Of a stretch of DNA of 64,000 nt, positions 36,301 through 47,697 are shown one piece after another (positions within the stretch are counted from its first letter, which is position 1; every line of letters starts with the position of its first letter). Position numbers and translations under genes: made by a program. Where the stretch lies: positions 33,472 through 97,471 of the forward strand of contig JAUCBJ010003138.1 of assembly GCA_032718475.1 (NCBI GenBank), given 5' to 3'. This DNA is from Nemertoderma westbladi. Its lineage: Eukaryota > Animalia > Xenacoelomorpha. A model generated the notes under the pieces. It was not told where the DNA came from. It did not search any database and saw only the letters and a list, made by a program, of their open reading frames with translations.

Positions 36301-39300
36301 ATTTTTGGGTTTTTGGTTTATTATTAAGAATTATAAGGACTCAATTCTAGACCGAAACGGTCATCGAAACGGCATCGAAACGGTACTTAAAGTGGATAAA
36401 GTACGATCAACTTCTAGCCCTCCTCGTCTTCGATAAATCTTAAGCTCATACGCAACATAATTTTCGATTGAAGGCACCTTCAAAATAATAGTGTATTGAT
36501 AAACTCGAACTATTCCACAACATGTATTGTGCGACTCAACTCTACCTTGTAGCGACATTGCTCTACATTGCGAGAAATTGTTATTTGACAAAAATGAAAC
36601 TTCTTATGATCTCACATATTCCAAGATAGGCTCACTCAAACCTAAAGCATAAATGTTGTTCTGTAGAAAGCACAGCCACCAATTAAGATATAACATATAT
36701 AATATAGAGACCAACTTGAAGAGGATATTGGACTTAGGAGAAACGAAATTGCCGCAACTAAGGAGAATCGGGAAGCCTGCAGGGATCTCATTTCTACTGT
36801 CCGAGTATTAGTAGTAGTAGTAGGTGCATGAATTTGTCCAATTTCAACTATGCCAATGTTCAAAGGTTGAATCTGAATGAAGTTGAAGTTGAGACCAATC
36901 CCATGCTATATCAAAGCATCTTTTCCAAACTACGTGATTTTTTAATACAAAAATGGTAGTTTTTGCACTAACCTATTATTTACATAAGTCAGAGGGGAAT
37001 TGTGTAGGACGAATGGTTTATAATGCATAATGGATTTAGGCAAGGCGCCCGACAACAAAAAGTGAGAAAGTTTAGAGATAGTAAACATGGAATTAAATTC
37101 TCACCTAAACTCAGGACGGTACTAGAGAAAGTCATTGTTAAAGAAAGTGTAACTTCTCCATCAATAAGATAACTAGCTGTGTTCGACAAACCCCCGCCAG
37201 GGGCGCATGCAACCATAAGAAATCCGAGGGCAATATCTCCTTCCAGTCTGAGAAGCTTTATTATTCCAAATCCCAACTGCGATAAAAAGTAAACACTTAG
37301 TGCGGGTAAAAGGTGAGAACGGAACAAGTTTATGCAATTTGCAAAAATTTACACTCAGACATTAATTACAATAACTTCATGTACTGCCCATAACACATCT
37401 CATTCAACTGCGTAATTGAACTCTCTATAACAATATAAAACTCAAATATAAATGTACCATTAAAAATATTAATTAGCACCAATTTATATTTTACTTACCA
37501 ACGGCATAATAACGAATTGTCCTACGGCAGCTGTTACGACGGAAGTGGGGCGGCGGAATATCTGTTTAATTATTCCAAAGCGAACCTTCGTACCATTTAT
37601 AATATTCATTAAGGACACAAATATCACGACCATATATACAAACACCTGCAGTAAAATATGTGTAAAACATATAACATAAAACAAACACGTGTGAAGTAAT
37701 GCTAATGTATAAAATAAATATCATAGAGAGACTAGAGAGAGACATGAATTAATGTATAACATCCACGTCGTGTATGACTAAAACATATATAACAACGATG
37801 TATAGAAACTTACTTTGTCCAGTGTAGTTGGGGCCCGTATAATAACGATTTGGTACGGAGATTGAGACAGAACAGTGGATTCATTTATCGCCGACTTTCC
37901 ATGAGTTTGTTTGACATCACGAGCGGAATTATTCAGTAGAACGACATCAATGTTGGCCTTAGTTCGTCCTTGGAAAACAATTTATTGCTTTACGCATGTG
38001 TTATAGATATCTCAAAATTAATTGAATTTAATAACTTCAAACTGAAAGTACCTTATTACACCATGACCCGTAATATAGTGTCATTTTCTGATGACACGGA
38101 CCCCCCCCCCCCCCAAATTTTTCTACAAATCTTTATCATATTGCTTGAAATTTGAAACACAACTAGTTCAACTCACCGTGGTTGTTACCATGAAGCCGGA
38201 ATTTTCGATTTCGCCTTTAAATTTTTTTATAAGCGTTTTAAAAAGTTCTTTTGCGAAATCGCACCATCCGCTATCATTGCCATTCTTCACATTAGTCGTA
38301 ATTTTTCATATCAATAAAAAGCTTGCGTTGACAAGGATTCCAAATATGTAACAATATCTGAATTTCGTTGAGAAACAGCTGAGATATAGGCGTTCAAAGA
38401 TTGCAAGAATTATTGTTCGCTGCAGGCCATTTATTCTATTTAATAAATACACAATGTTCTGGAACAATTTGTTTATGTATGATTAGCTACGCAATATAGA
38501 TATTGTATAGGCATACCGCTGTTGCCTACCAACTCATAAAATAAATAACACGTTCTAGAATTTTGTGTATTTATTAAATAGAATAAATGGCCTGCAGCGA
38601 ACAATAATTCTTGCAATCTTTGAACGCCTATATCTCAGCTGTTTCTCAACGAAATTCAGATATTGTTACATATTTGGAATCCTTGAACAAGCTTTCTATA
38701 TATCTATAAAGCGAGTAATGTGAAGAATGGCCACGATACGGAGTGGTGCGATTTCGCAAAAGACACTTTTTTAAAACGCTTATAAAAAAATTTAAAGGCG
38801 AAATCGAAAATTCCGGCTTCATGTTAACAACCACGTTGAGTGGAACTAGTTGTGTTTAAAATGTCAATTCAATTCAATTCAATATAAATTTAATCCTTCT
38901 TAATTTATGAAATTTATTGTATTGCACGCACCCAAATACCATAAAATGTAGATATATAGTGTAAATAGTTAAGAAAAAAGTTGGTAGGGTGTCAGGGAAC
39001 GATGTAAGGACACGGAGGCTAGCTAATAGCAGGGCTAGTAGACGCTGGCCACCGGGGGGGGGGGGGGGGGGGGGGTGAGAGAGGAGGGGGTAGGGGGGGG
39101 GGGTGAGGAAGGGAGGTTACATCTGAATACTCATAATTTAGGATAGTTTTTATTAGTTTCGAAATTTATTAATTATATTTTTGAACCGTGGGACTAATCT
39201 TGTAAATAGTTACTTATTGTATGTACAATAATAAGTAAGGTAACGTCAGCGGGAAATCTGTAGGCGACGGATGTACAATGTGGATGGAATTAAGATTTTT

Positions 39301-42300
39301 GCAATTTGAAATAAAATTAAAATTTAAATTAAAATTGAGCAAAGACGCAGGCCAGTGATAAGGTTTGTATGGGAGTGAATTTGGTTATAATTTATAAATT
39401 AGATGAAGTTTGTAATTTATGTTAATTTATTTTATATTAATATTTAATGTCATGCAATATGATACAGATCTGTAGAAAAATTTGGGGGGGGGGGGGGTGT
39501 CCGTGTCATCAGAAAATGACACTATATTACGGGTCATGGTGTAATTAAGTGTGGATACATAATGCTTACATTTTTCAAATTCATATTTTGCTCTCAATAT
39601 TTACGTATATAAAAAATATTGTTAATAATGCAGAATGTTTAAACATCTAACATTTTCGAGAAAACTCCGAAGTACCGTATCCAATTATAATAAGTTCTAG
39701 GTATTATTGCTATCGCTACCGGTACCAATACACTCAAGAGACATAGTCTACTATAGTCTACCTGCATAGTCCACAATATAGTCTACTATAGTCTACCTGC
39801 ATAGTCCATAATATAGTCTACTATAGTCTACCTGCATAGTCCACAATATAGTCTACTATAGTCTACCTGCATAGTCCACAATATAGTCTACTATAGTCTA
39901 CCTGCATAGTCCATAATATAGTCTACTATAGTCTACCTGCATAGTCCACAATATAGTCTACTATAGTCTACCTGCATAGTCCACAATATAGTCTACTATA
40001 GTCTACCTGCATAGTCCATAATATAGTCTACTATAGTCAACCTGCAAAGTCCATAATATAGTCTACTATAGTCAACCTGCAAAGTCCATAATATAGTCTA
40101 CTATAGTCTACCTGCATAGTCCATAATATAGTCTACTGTAGTCTACCTGCATAGTCCACAATATAGTCTACTATAGTCAACCTGCATAGTCCATAATATA
40201 GTCTACTATAGTCTACCTGCATAGTCCATAATATAGTCTACTATAGTCTACCTGCATAGTCCATAATATAGTCTACTATAGTCAACCTGCATAGTCCATA
40301 ATATAGTCTACTATAGTCTACCTGCATAGTCCATAATATAGTCTACTATAGTCAACCTGCATAGTCCATAATATAGTCTACTATAGTCTACCTGCATAGT
40401 CCATAATATAGTCTACTATAGTCTACCTGCATAGTCCATAATATAGTCTACTATAGTCTACCTGCATAGTCCATAATATAGTCTACTATAGTCTACCTGC
40501 ATAGTCCATAATATAGTCTACTATAGTCTACCTGCATAGTCCATAATATAGTCTACTATAGTCAACCTGCATAGTCCATAATATAGTCTACTATAGTCTA
40601 CCTGCATAGTCCATAATATAGTCTACTATAGTCTACCTGCATAGTCCATAATATAGTCTACTATAGTCTACCTGCATAGTCCATAATATAGTCTACTATA
40701 GTCAACCTGCATAGTCCATAATATAGTCTACTATAGTCTACCTGCATAGTCCATAATATAGTCTACTATAGTCTACCTGCATAGTCCATAATATAGTCTA
40801 CTATAGTCTACCTGCATAGTCCATAATATAGTCTACTATAGTCTACCTGCATAGTCCATAATATAGTCTACTATAGTCTACCTGCATAGTCCATAATATA
40901 GTCTACTATAGTCTACCTGCATAGTCCATAATATAGTCTACTATAGTCTACCTGCATAGTCCATAATATAGTCTACTATAGTCAACCTGCATAGTCCATA
41001 ATATAGTCTACTATAGTCTACCTGCATAGTCCACAATATAGTCTACTATAGTCAACCTGCATAGTCCATAATATAGTCTACTATAGTCTACCTGCATAGT
41101 CCATAATATAGTCTACTATAGTCTACCTGCATAGTCCATAATATAGTCTACTATAGTCAACCTGCATAGTCCATAATATAGTCTACTATAGTCTACCTGC
41201 ATAGTCCACAATATAGTCTACTATAGTCTACCTGCATAGTCCACAATATAGTTTACTATAGTCTACCTGCATAGTCCACAATATAGTCTACTATAGTCAA
41301 CCTGCATAGTCCATAATATAGTCTACTATAGTCTACCTGCATAGTCCACAATATAGTCTACTATAGTCTACCTGCATAGTCCACAATATAGTCTACTATA
41401 GTCAACCTGCATAGTCCATAATATAGTCTACTATAGTCTACCTGCATAGTCCACAATATAGTCTACTATAGTCAACCTGCATAGTCCATAATATAGTCTA
41501 CTATAGTCTACCTGCATAGTCCATAATATAGTCTACTATAGTCTACCTGCATAGTCCATAATATAGTCTACTATAGTCAACCTGCATAGTCCATAATATA
41601 GTCTACTATAGTCTACCTGCATAGTCCACAATATAGTCTACTATAGTCTACCTGCATAGTCCACAATATAGTCTACTATAGTCTACCTGCATAGTCCACA
41701 ATATAGTCTACTATAGTCAACCTGCATAGTCCATAATATAGTCTACTATAGTCTACCTGCATAGTCCACAATATAGTCTACTATAGTCTACCTGCATAGT
41801 CCATAATATAGTCTACTACAGTCTACCTGCATAGTCCATAATATAGTCTACTATAGTCAACCTGCAAAGTCCATAATATAGTCTACTATAGTCAACCTGC
41901 ATACTCCATAATATAGTCTACTATAGTCAACCTGCATAGTCCATAATATAGTCTACTATAGTCTACCTGCATAGTCCATAATATAGTCTACTATAGTCAA
42001 CCTGCATACTCCATAATATAGTCTACTATAGTCAACCTGCATAGTCCATAATATAGTCTACTATAGTCTACCTGCATAGTCCATAATAATAGTCTACTAT
42101 ATTACGAAATGGTAGTTAATTTAACTCATTTAACTCACCCAACATTCCACTGTGAATTCTAAATGTATAATTACGATACGGCTCATAAATGTATAGAGGA
42201 GTATCTTCTTTCTCAATAGAGGCAATGTACTCATCGCCAATCGTCAAGTCAACCCATAGGTACCCCTCGATCGGCCTGGTTACAAATATTGTGACATTGT

Positions 42301-42439
42301 ACGTAGAATATTCGTAAACTTTGTCCAGACTGGGGGGATCCAAGTGCAACACACCGGTTGAGTGGGCAAGTTCTTTTTCATTGGTTGGTTGGCAAAGATA
42401 AAAACCAATGAGTAACCATAGCAACGATAAAACCGACAT
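27361..42439 (-). CDS. SLC10-family sodium/bile-acid cotransporter (P3/SLC10A3-A5-like), ~522 aa; exons 42139-42439, 37814-37968, 37499-37645, 37105-37276, 29849-30057, 28843-28982, 28200-28348, 27872-28034, 27361-27493
   Basis: All introns GT-AG with consistent phases (1569 nt total); signal peptide; motifs GQFVIMPL, ACAPGGGLSN, GEVTLSLTMT, GMMPLN, KTVALEIGLQN, PDADL; the last exon is less certain. Confidence 0.88.
30489..36170 (+). mobile_element. Degenerate CRE-like retrotransposon 3' fragment split by an internally derived minisatellite
   Basis: LRYG..CEGCG..HALSCKSGG, RADL, FDIAV before the array; IAETLVAK..VRGGRRSWRGLGFGDG after it. Confidence 0.72.
30852..36002. repeat. 43-bp minisatellite (~120 units, with 28-bp variants)
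   Basis: GGATGTGAGGAAC(G/A)GAGGATGGCTGGTACAACGGATGGGGTCT. Confidence 0.97.
38055..39545. mobile_element. Foldback (near-fully palindromic) element in SLC10 intron 1
   Basis: 38055-38480 is inverted at 38545-38866 plus 39452-39545. Confidence 0.85.
38867..39445 (-). mobile_element. Retroposed insert with (TTGAA)n tail inside the foldback element
   Basis: TSD AATGTCA at 38860-38866 and 39446-39452; CAATT repeats at its left end. Confidence 0.6.
39744..42101. repeat. 35-bp satellite (~67 units)
   Basis: ATAGTCTACTATAGTCTACCTGCATAGTCCA(C/T)AAT. Confidence 0.97.
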
Positions 42440-43283
42440 ATTAGGGATAATAAGAGTTAATATTATTATATCATTTTTATCACAATATTGATTGGTTGAT
42501 TACTATTATTTATCGGATGTTGAAATTAATAGTTTTTGAAGTCAAAATGAGAATAAAAACGCAGTCAGTTTCATCAAAATCCACCCTAATAATGGTTAAT
42601 TATTTACAATATATGATAATTTCAACCAATTTGGTATAGGCGCCCTATCTACGTTCTACAACAACTGCGCAGTAGTGCAGCCAAATGAACAGAATGTATT
42701 ACATTATAAATACTCAGTAAGAACATTATATTTTTTATTTATTTAATTTTTAATCATACACATCGAACTGTTAAGTACATTATTTGTTTGTTAGCCTATA
42801 AGTCTCATAAGGCTTACATTTCAACAACACTACATTGATATACGGTAGTATAAGTATGACTAGACTACTGTACACTACCACTTAATGTGTATTGTAATAT
42901 CAATATGTCACACATCATCCATTAATTAGCGCTGGAAGTTATAAACGAATAAATAAGAAACCTCTCGAATATAATATATATTAATGACCGACCGTGGAAT
43001 AATCTATATGTATACAGGTACTATTACAGTTAATTAAAATACATAATTAATTAATGATAAGGCAGCATATTATTCTTTGGCTTATCATTAATTATATTTG
43101 AACTAATAATAATCCTCTCAAAGTTCTAAGTTATCTTTATCAGAAAATCAGAAAAGTATTTTATAACTAAATATAATCGCATATATAATGTAATATATAT
43201 TATATTTTTATAATAAATATAAAAATATATAATAAATAATTAATGAGTTTGTATATGTGTTTTTAACATCCATAGATTGTATA

Positions 43284-43564
43284 AATTATAAGTAATTAAA
43301 CAGGACTAAGGATGATCCAACTCTATAGCAAATGGAGCGGAAAAAATGAATTCGCCACCAGCGGGGATCGAACCCGCGTCTCCCGATAAACGTTCAGGTA
43401 TGCTAACCACTACACTACACTACGCCTCCGTAGTGTAGTGGTTAGCATACCTGAACGTATATCGGGAGACGCGGGTTCTATCCCCGCTGGTGGCGAATTC
43501 ATTTTTTCCGCTCCATTTGCTATAGAGTTGGATCATCCTTAGTCCTGTTTAATTACTTATAATT
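43284..43564. repeat. Palindrome made of two divergent tRNA-derived (SINE-like) units
   Basis: ~135-bp arms in near-perfect inversion. Confidence 0.85.
43424..43495 (+). pseudogene. tRNA-like unit (Asp/Val-like scaffold), probably a SINE head or pseudo-tRNA
   Basis: A box TAGTGTAGTGG; B box GGTTC(T/G)ATCCC; cloverleaf possible; TTTTTT downstream; non-canonical anticodon loop that differs between the two copies. Confidence 0.6.
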
Positions 43565-44894
43565 AATGAGTGTTTGTAAATTAATGTATGTTTATCTTTG
43601 CCTTTGTTTATATCTATGCCTATTACTGTATTTTGTTCGAGTTTGTACATTAAATAATTAACCGGAAACACGGAACCACGATAACCGGCAATGATTGTCT
43701 CAGGATACAGAAGATTTACGAAACATTAAAATAAATATTAATATAATTCTTCAGAAAATATTTCATAATGTAATGATGGCACTCGTGTTACTTATATACT
43801 ATAGTAGTATTTACAAAAGCAGACTAAACAATTAAGCAGTTAATACAAAGTTAGAATAATGTTGTTTCGGGACCAAATATGTACAATTATGCCACCAGAT
43901 GACAGACACTGTTGTTAGAGAACAAGGCCTTGTGTTGTGTCAAGATATCCAAAATAATCCTCTTTGTATATTAAGCAACTGTAATTAAGGGTTTGGGTGC
44001 CAGGTGTTGTACTGGTTAATGCCAATGTGGAGAACGTGTTGGCAATGTGGAACGGTAAGGGCCAAAATTATTAATTTCCAGTTAGGGTAGGGTCCATCCA
44101 CATAACAGTATAACAGCGGTTGTACGTGCATTGCTAGTTGACTAAACTGTAACAAAATCACGAATCGCGCTTATCTAGTATACCAGTTGTGGTGACTCCA
44201 CCAATGGAGTACTATGGAATATTTCTGTTGTAGATCTATAAAGCATATTAATTATGTCCATCGATATTTTTCTGATAAAGGCACCGCACGGTATTACTTT
44301 AAACCTTAAAAAGATTGGTTTAGTACTGCCGAAATTATATTACACATTAATTAATATAAACAATAAATATGCCCGTGCAAATCAACTACTGCGTAAATTG
44401 AATGGAGCAAGTAATATTAAATTTTGTATATTGCGTGTCTGTAACTCAGGTTTATTACAATGGGTCGCTAAGTAACTAGAATCTGGGGCGGCATTATTGT
44501 GACGCATACAATACTGTAATATGGAATATAATTTGCTGTTATAGTAAAGCTCTTTAATATCAAACAGAATCTTCCGAGCTCCATAATTGTTTTTTTTTCT
44601 ACTGCTTTATATTATTGTAGTAATAGCTTATACAATATATATACCACCATAGTCCATAATTTAATATTTTATTCCATAACTTAAAAAGTATAGACGTATC
44701 GAAGCTTTACTATTATCAGTGCGTTTGTGTATATATTTCTACCTACCATTTTACTTTATGTGCCTTGATTTTATCCATTTTATTATATATAATACATGTA
44801 TATAATTATATATATATAATTACATATATGACGATCAATATAGCGCTGGGGCCATCCCGGATTTTAATATAATTCTAATATAATACATACATAC

Positions 44895-45082
44895 GCAATT
44901 TTTTTTTGCCGAAACGCGACTGTTGCCGAATGGCGCCCATGATTAGAATACCAGGATTCGGTCGACTTTTTATTGGAAATTTATATATGAAGATTTTTTA
45001 TTTTTTTTTAATTTATCTTAATTAAGTGTTTTATAGCGCTTATTTCAGTCTTATAACATGTACATATACTAATTCGTTTATT
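44895..45082 (+). mobile_element. Partial copy 3 of the 657-1226 repeat family
   Basis: ggcgcccatg..ttcggtcgactttttattgg.. is shared with 657-767. Confidence 0.65.
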
Positions 45083-47094
45083 GTTTTGGTTTATAGATCC
45101 AGCCCTTCTGTAACCTGTGTTTTTGGTAAAAACCTGGTATTCTTCAAATGCGGGTTACTGCAAAGTGAAATATAACGGCAGAAAGTCTGGTTTTCTTCAC
45201 ATGGGCCCACATACTGTACGACCCAGAGAAAGAAGCATCAGTAGCATTATTTACAATAATAAAAGCGTTCACCATCAACATTTAATTGAAATTTTAAGTA
45301 TACTCTATTTTCAAAAAATAAAATATTATTATATATCAAACAATGGAGATATTTAATTCCATTCTCTTGGGTGTAACATATAATATACCAAGGATTAGGA
45401 TTGCTGGGGTTCAATAATAACCTTGTGCAAGATATGGAATTACTTTCCTGGGTTATTACTGTACTAAGTATGAGTTGATGGATTGTTGCTGTGTCGTGTG
45501 TAACTAAAGCTATGGCAACGCAAACCAGCATCCAATCACTATTGTTGATATCAGCTGGTGATCAAGGACAACTCTACTAACTACAGTAACTTGGTATTAT
45601 GTCGTGTTGTTGTCGTCCTTCGTGGTGATAAATATCTGTTTGACGAGTAATAATTATTGTGTTAATGCGACATATTTCACAAGGGAGATGTGTTTTGTAT
45701 AGTTTATGTTTGATTTCACCGTCAACCGACAATCACAACCGACAACAACAAAATATGAAACTACAACTTGTACTATTGACTTCCCATTTATTATTTAAAT
45801 AGATGGGATAAATCCAATAATAAATGCATAAAGCTTCAGACTTACAAGTCGTTTAGTAAAAAATTGGAAGAAATTTGCCGAGTTTAGTAAAATATATTCG
45901 CATTATTCGTAAGACACCTTGACTACTACTCAGAAACCAAACTTATAATAATAATAAGGTCAATTTTATTTCAATAATGGAAATAATGATATAATTTAAT
46001 GTTTCCGAAGGATATACGCATTGGTGAAACTATACTGTAGGATGAAAAGTCGTAAAACTATACGATTTATGTAGGTGGTTATAGCACACAACACACAGCT
46101 GGAATAAAGTCGGGGATATTAGTTCCTACCAACACTAATTGTAACTCACACAATCACATCACAAACTTGAACATTTACCGCGGCATCTGGGGATAATACG
46201 AGATCAATGGGATGCACAAAAACACATAACAGCTACTGTACATAGAGTTAAACACCCCTACAATATAATTACCACAACTCTAATGAGACATTAGAGGACA
46301 CTCTTTTAAAACCGAACATCGCCCTGCAGAAACAACAAGGCCAACGTGACAGATTTGCATTACAAGGCCAATTACAAACATTCGCCGAGTTGGCAAGCAT
46401 GAAACCCATACATCTATCATGAACCAATCGGAATCGAGTTAGGATTGTTTCCACCACTGACGATATTTTGCTTTAACCCTATCTGGCACGGGCTATTTTA
46501 CAACGTAATTGGGCCGGGGGGGGGGGGGGGGGGGGTCATTTAAGAAATGTTTTAGATCTTGGCTCAAAAATTACATTTTTGATGGTATAAGGGTTTTCGA
46601 GGTCGCTGATCACGATAAAAACTAGTTGAACCGGTACTAGTATGAACTAGTATGAAACTAGTTATAAATATTTCTGGTATTTATGTAAACCCAATTTTGG
46701 TGCCGATCTGGTGCCCCAGCCCAGACCGCAAAGTACTAGTAGCACAAAATTATAAACTGTTAAATTTTTCCTTTTGTTTGGTAATTCTGAAGCTATAATG
46801 GATTTTAAAGGTGGCTGATCACGATACAACTCGTTAAAAACATTCGTGGAAACGCAACTATCATTTTTGCTGTCTTTATCAATTTAGATCTATCAATTTA
46901 TATCAATTTAGCATAATATTTCAAACGGCAAAAATCGAAATTGGTTGGATAATACGATATTTTTCAGTCTCATATTCGTGATCAGCGTCCCAGAAAACCC
47001 ATAATATTTAACAATCAGGTTGATTTGGTAATCATTTTTTATTATCAAATTTGAACTGTATCGAAAAATACAATAAGTACTGAACAGTACTTAT

Positions 47095-47630
47095 TGTTAG
47101 CTTATTCAATCCCGCTAACACCCCACAAAGTTATAAGCCGATAAGCAATATTGGGAGCCACGAGATTGGGTAATTAACCAACTCGTGCCACCCCAATAAG
47201 AATGGGAAGGAAGCACACAATGAGGGTCAGGGGCCAAACCCCTAACCCAGAGAGAATAGGTGGAGTGAACGGGAACACTCCAAAGGGCGCCAACAAGGGT
47301 ATCAACCAATCAGAGGGGGGAAAGGCATCGATTAGGTAAAGTAACAAGGCCAACCGTGCAATATAGCCACTTGGCAGTAATCATACCAATTCAGTTATCT
47401 CAGTGCAATACCGGTGCTAGATTAGGTTACAATAGTTTAGCTAGGGAAGGACCGGGACTTTAGTTACCGTATCCCGCCTTCCGTATACGACAATATATCT
47501 CATAACTATATCTATATCTGCATATCATATTATATACGACAAACAGTACAAACTCATTTACTCTTTATACACGGCGGGGACGCGTGAACTAAAACCGGAT
47601 AAACCGGGATCCCTCTTGGATCCCGTCACA
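47095..47630 (+). repeat. 5' LTR (536 bp)
   Basis: TGTT..CACA; about 2 substitutions and a 6-bp indel versus the 3' LTR. Confidence 0.95.
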
Positions 47631-47639
47631 GTAACTAAA
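47631..47639 (+). promoter_or_regulatory. Non-tRNA primer-binding site GTAACTAAA, complementary to LTR 47459-47467
   Basis: Exact reverse complement of TTTAGTTAC; no TGG after the LTR. Confidence 0.65.
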
Positions 47640-47697
47640 CCAGCTGCCGCCCTAGACAAACTCAGTAACCACCAGCCACCAAATTTGCAGAAGAAAG

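Noticed and set aside
43353-43495. Functional tRNA-Tyr/Asn genes
   Set aside because: The anticodon loop lacks U33, the acceptor stem is mismatched or missing, and the scaffold does not fit the anticodon.
45800-46470. Possible decayed coding sequence (LINE or viral) continuing at 63330-63700
   Set aside because: Many stops and no diagnostic motif by eye; would need tBLASTx.
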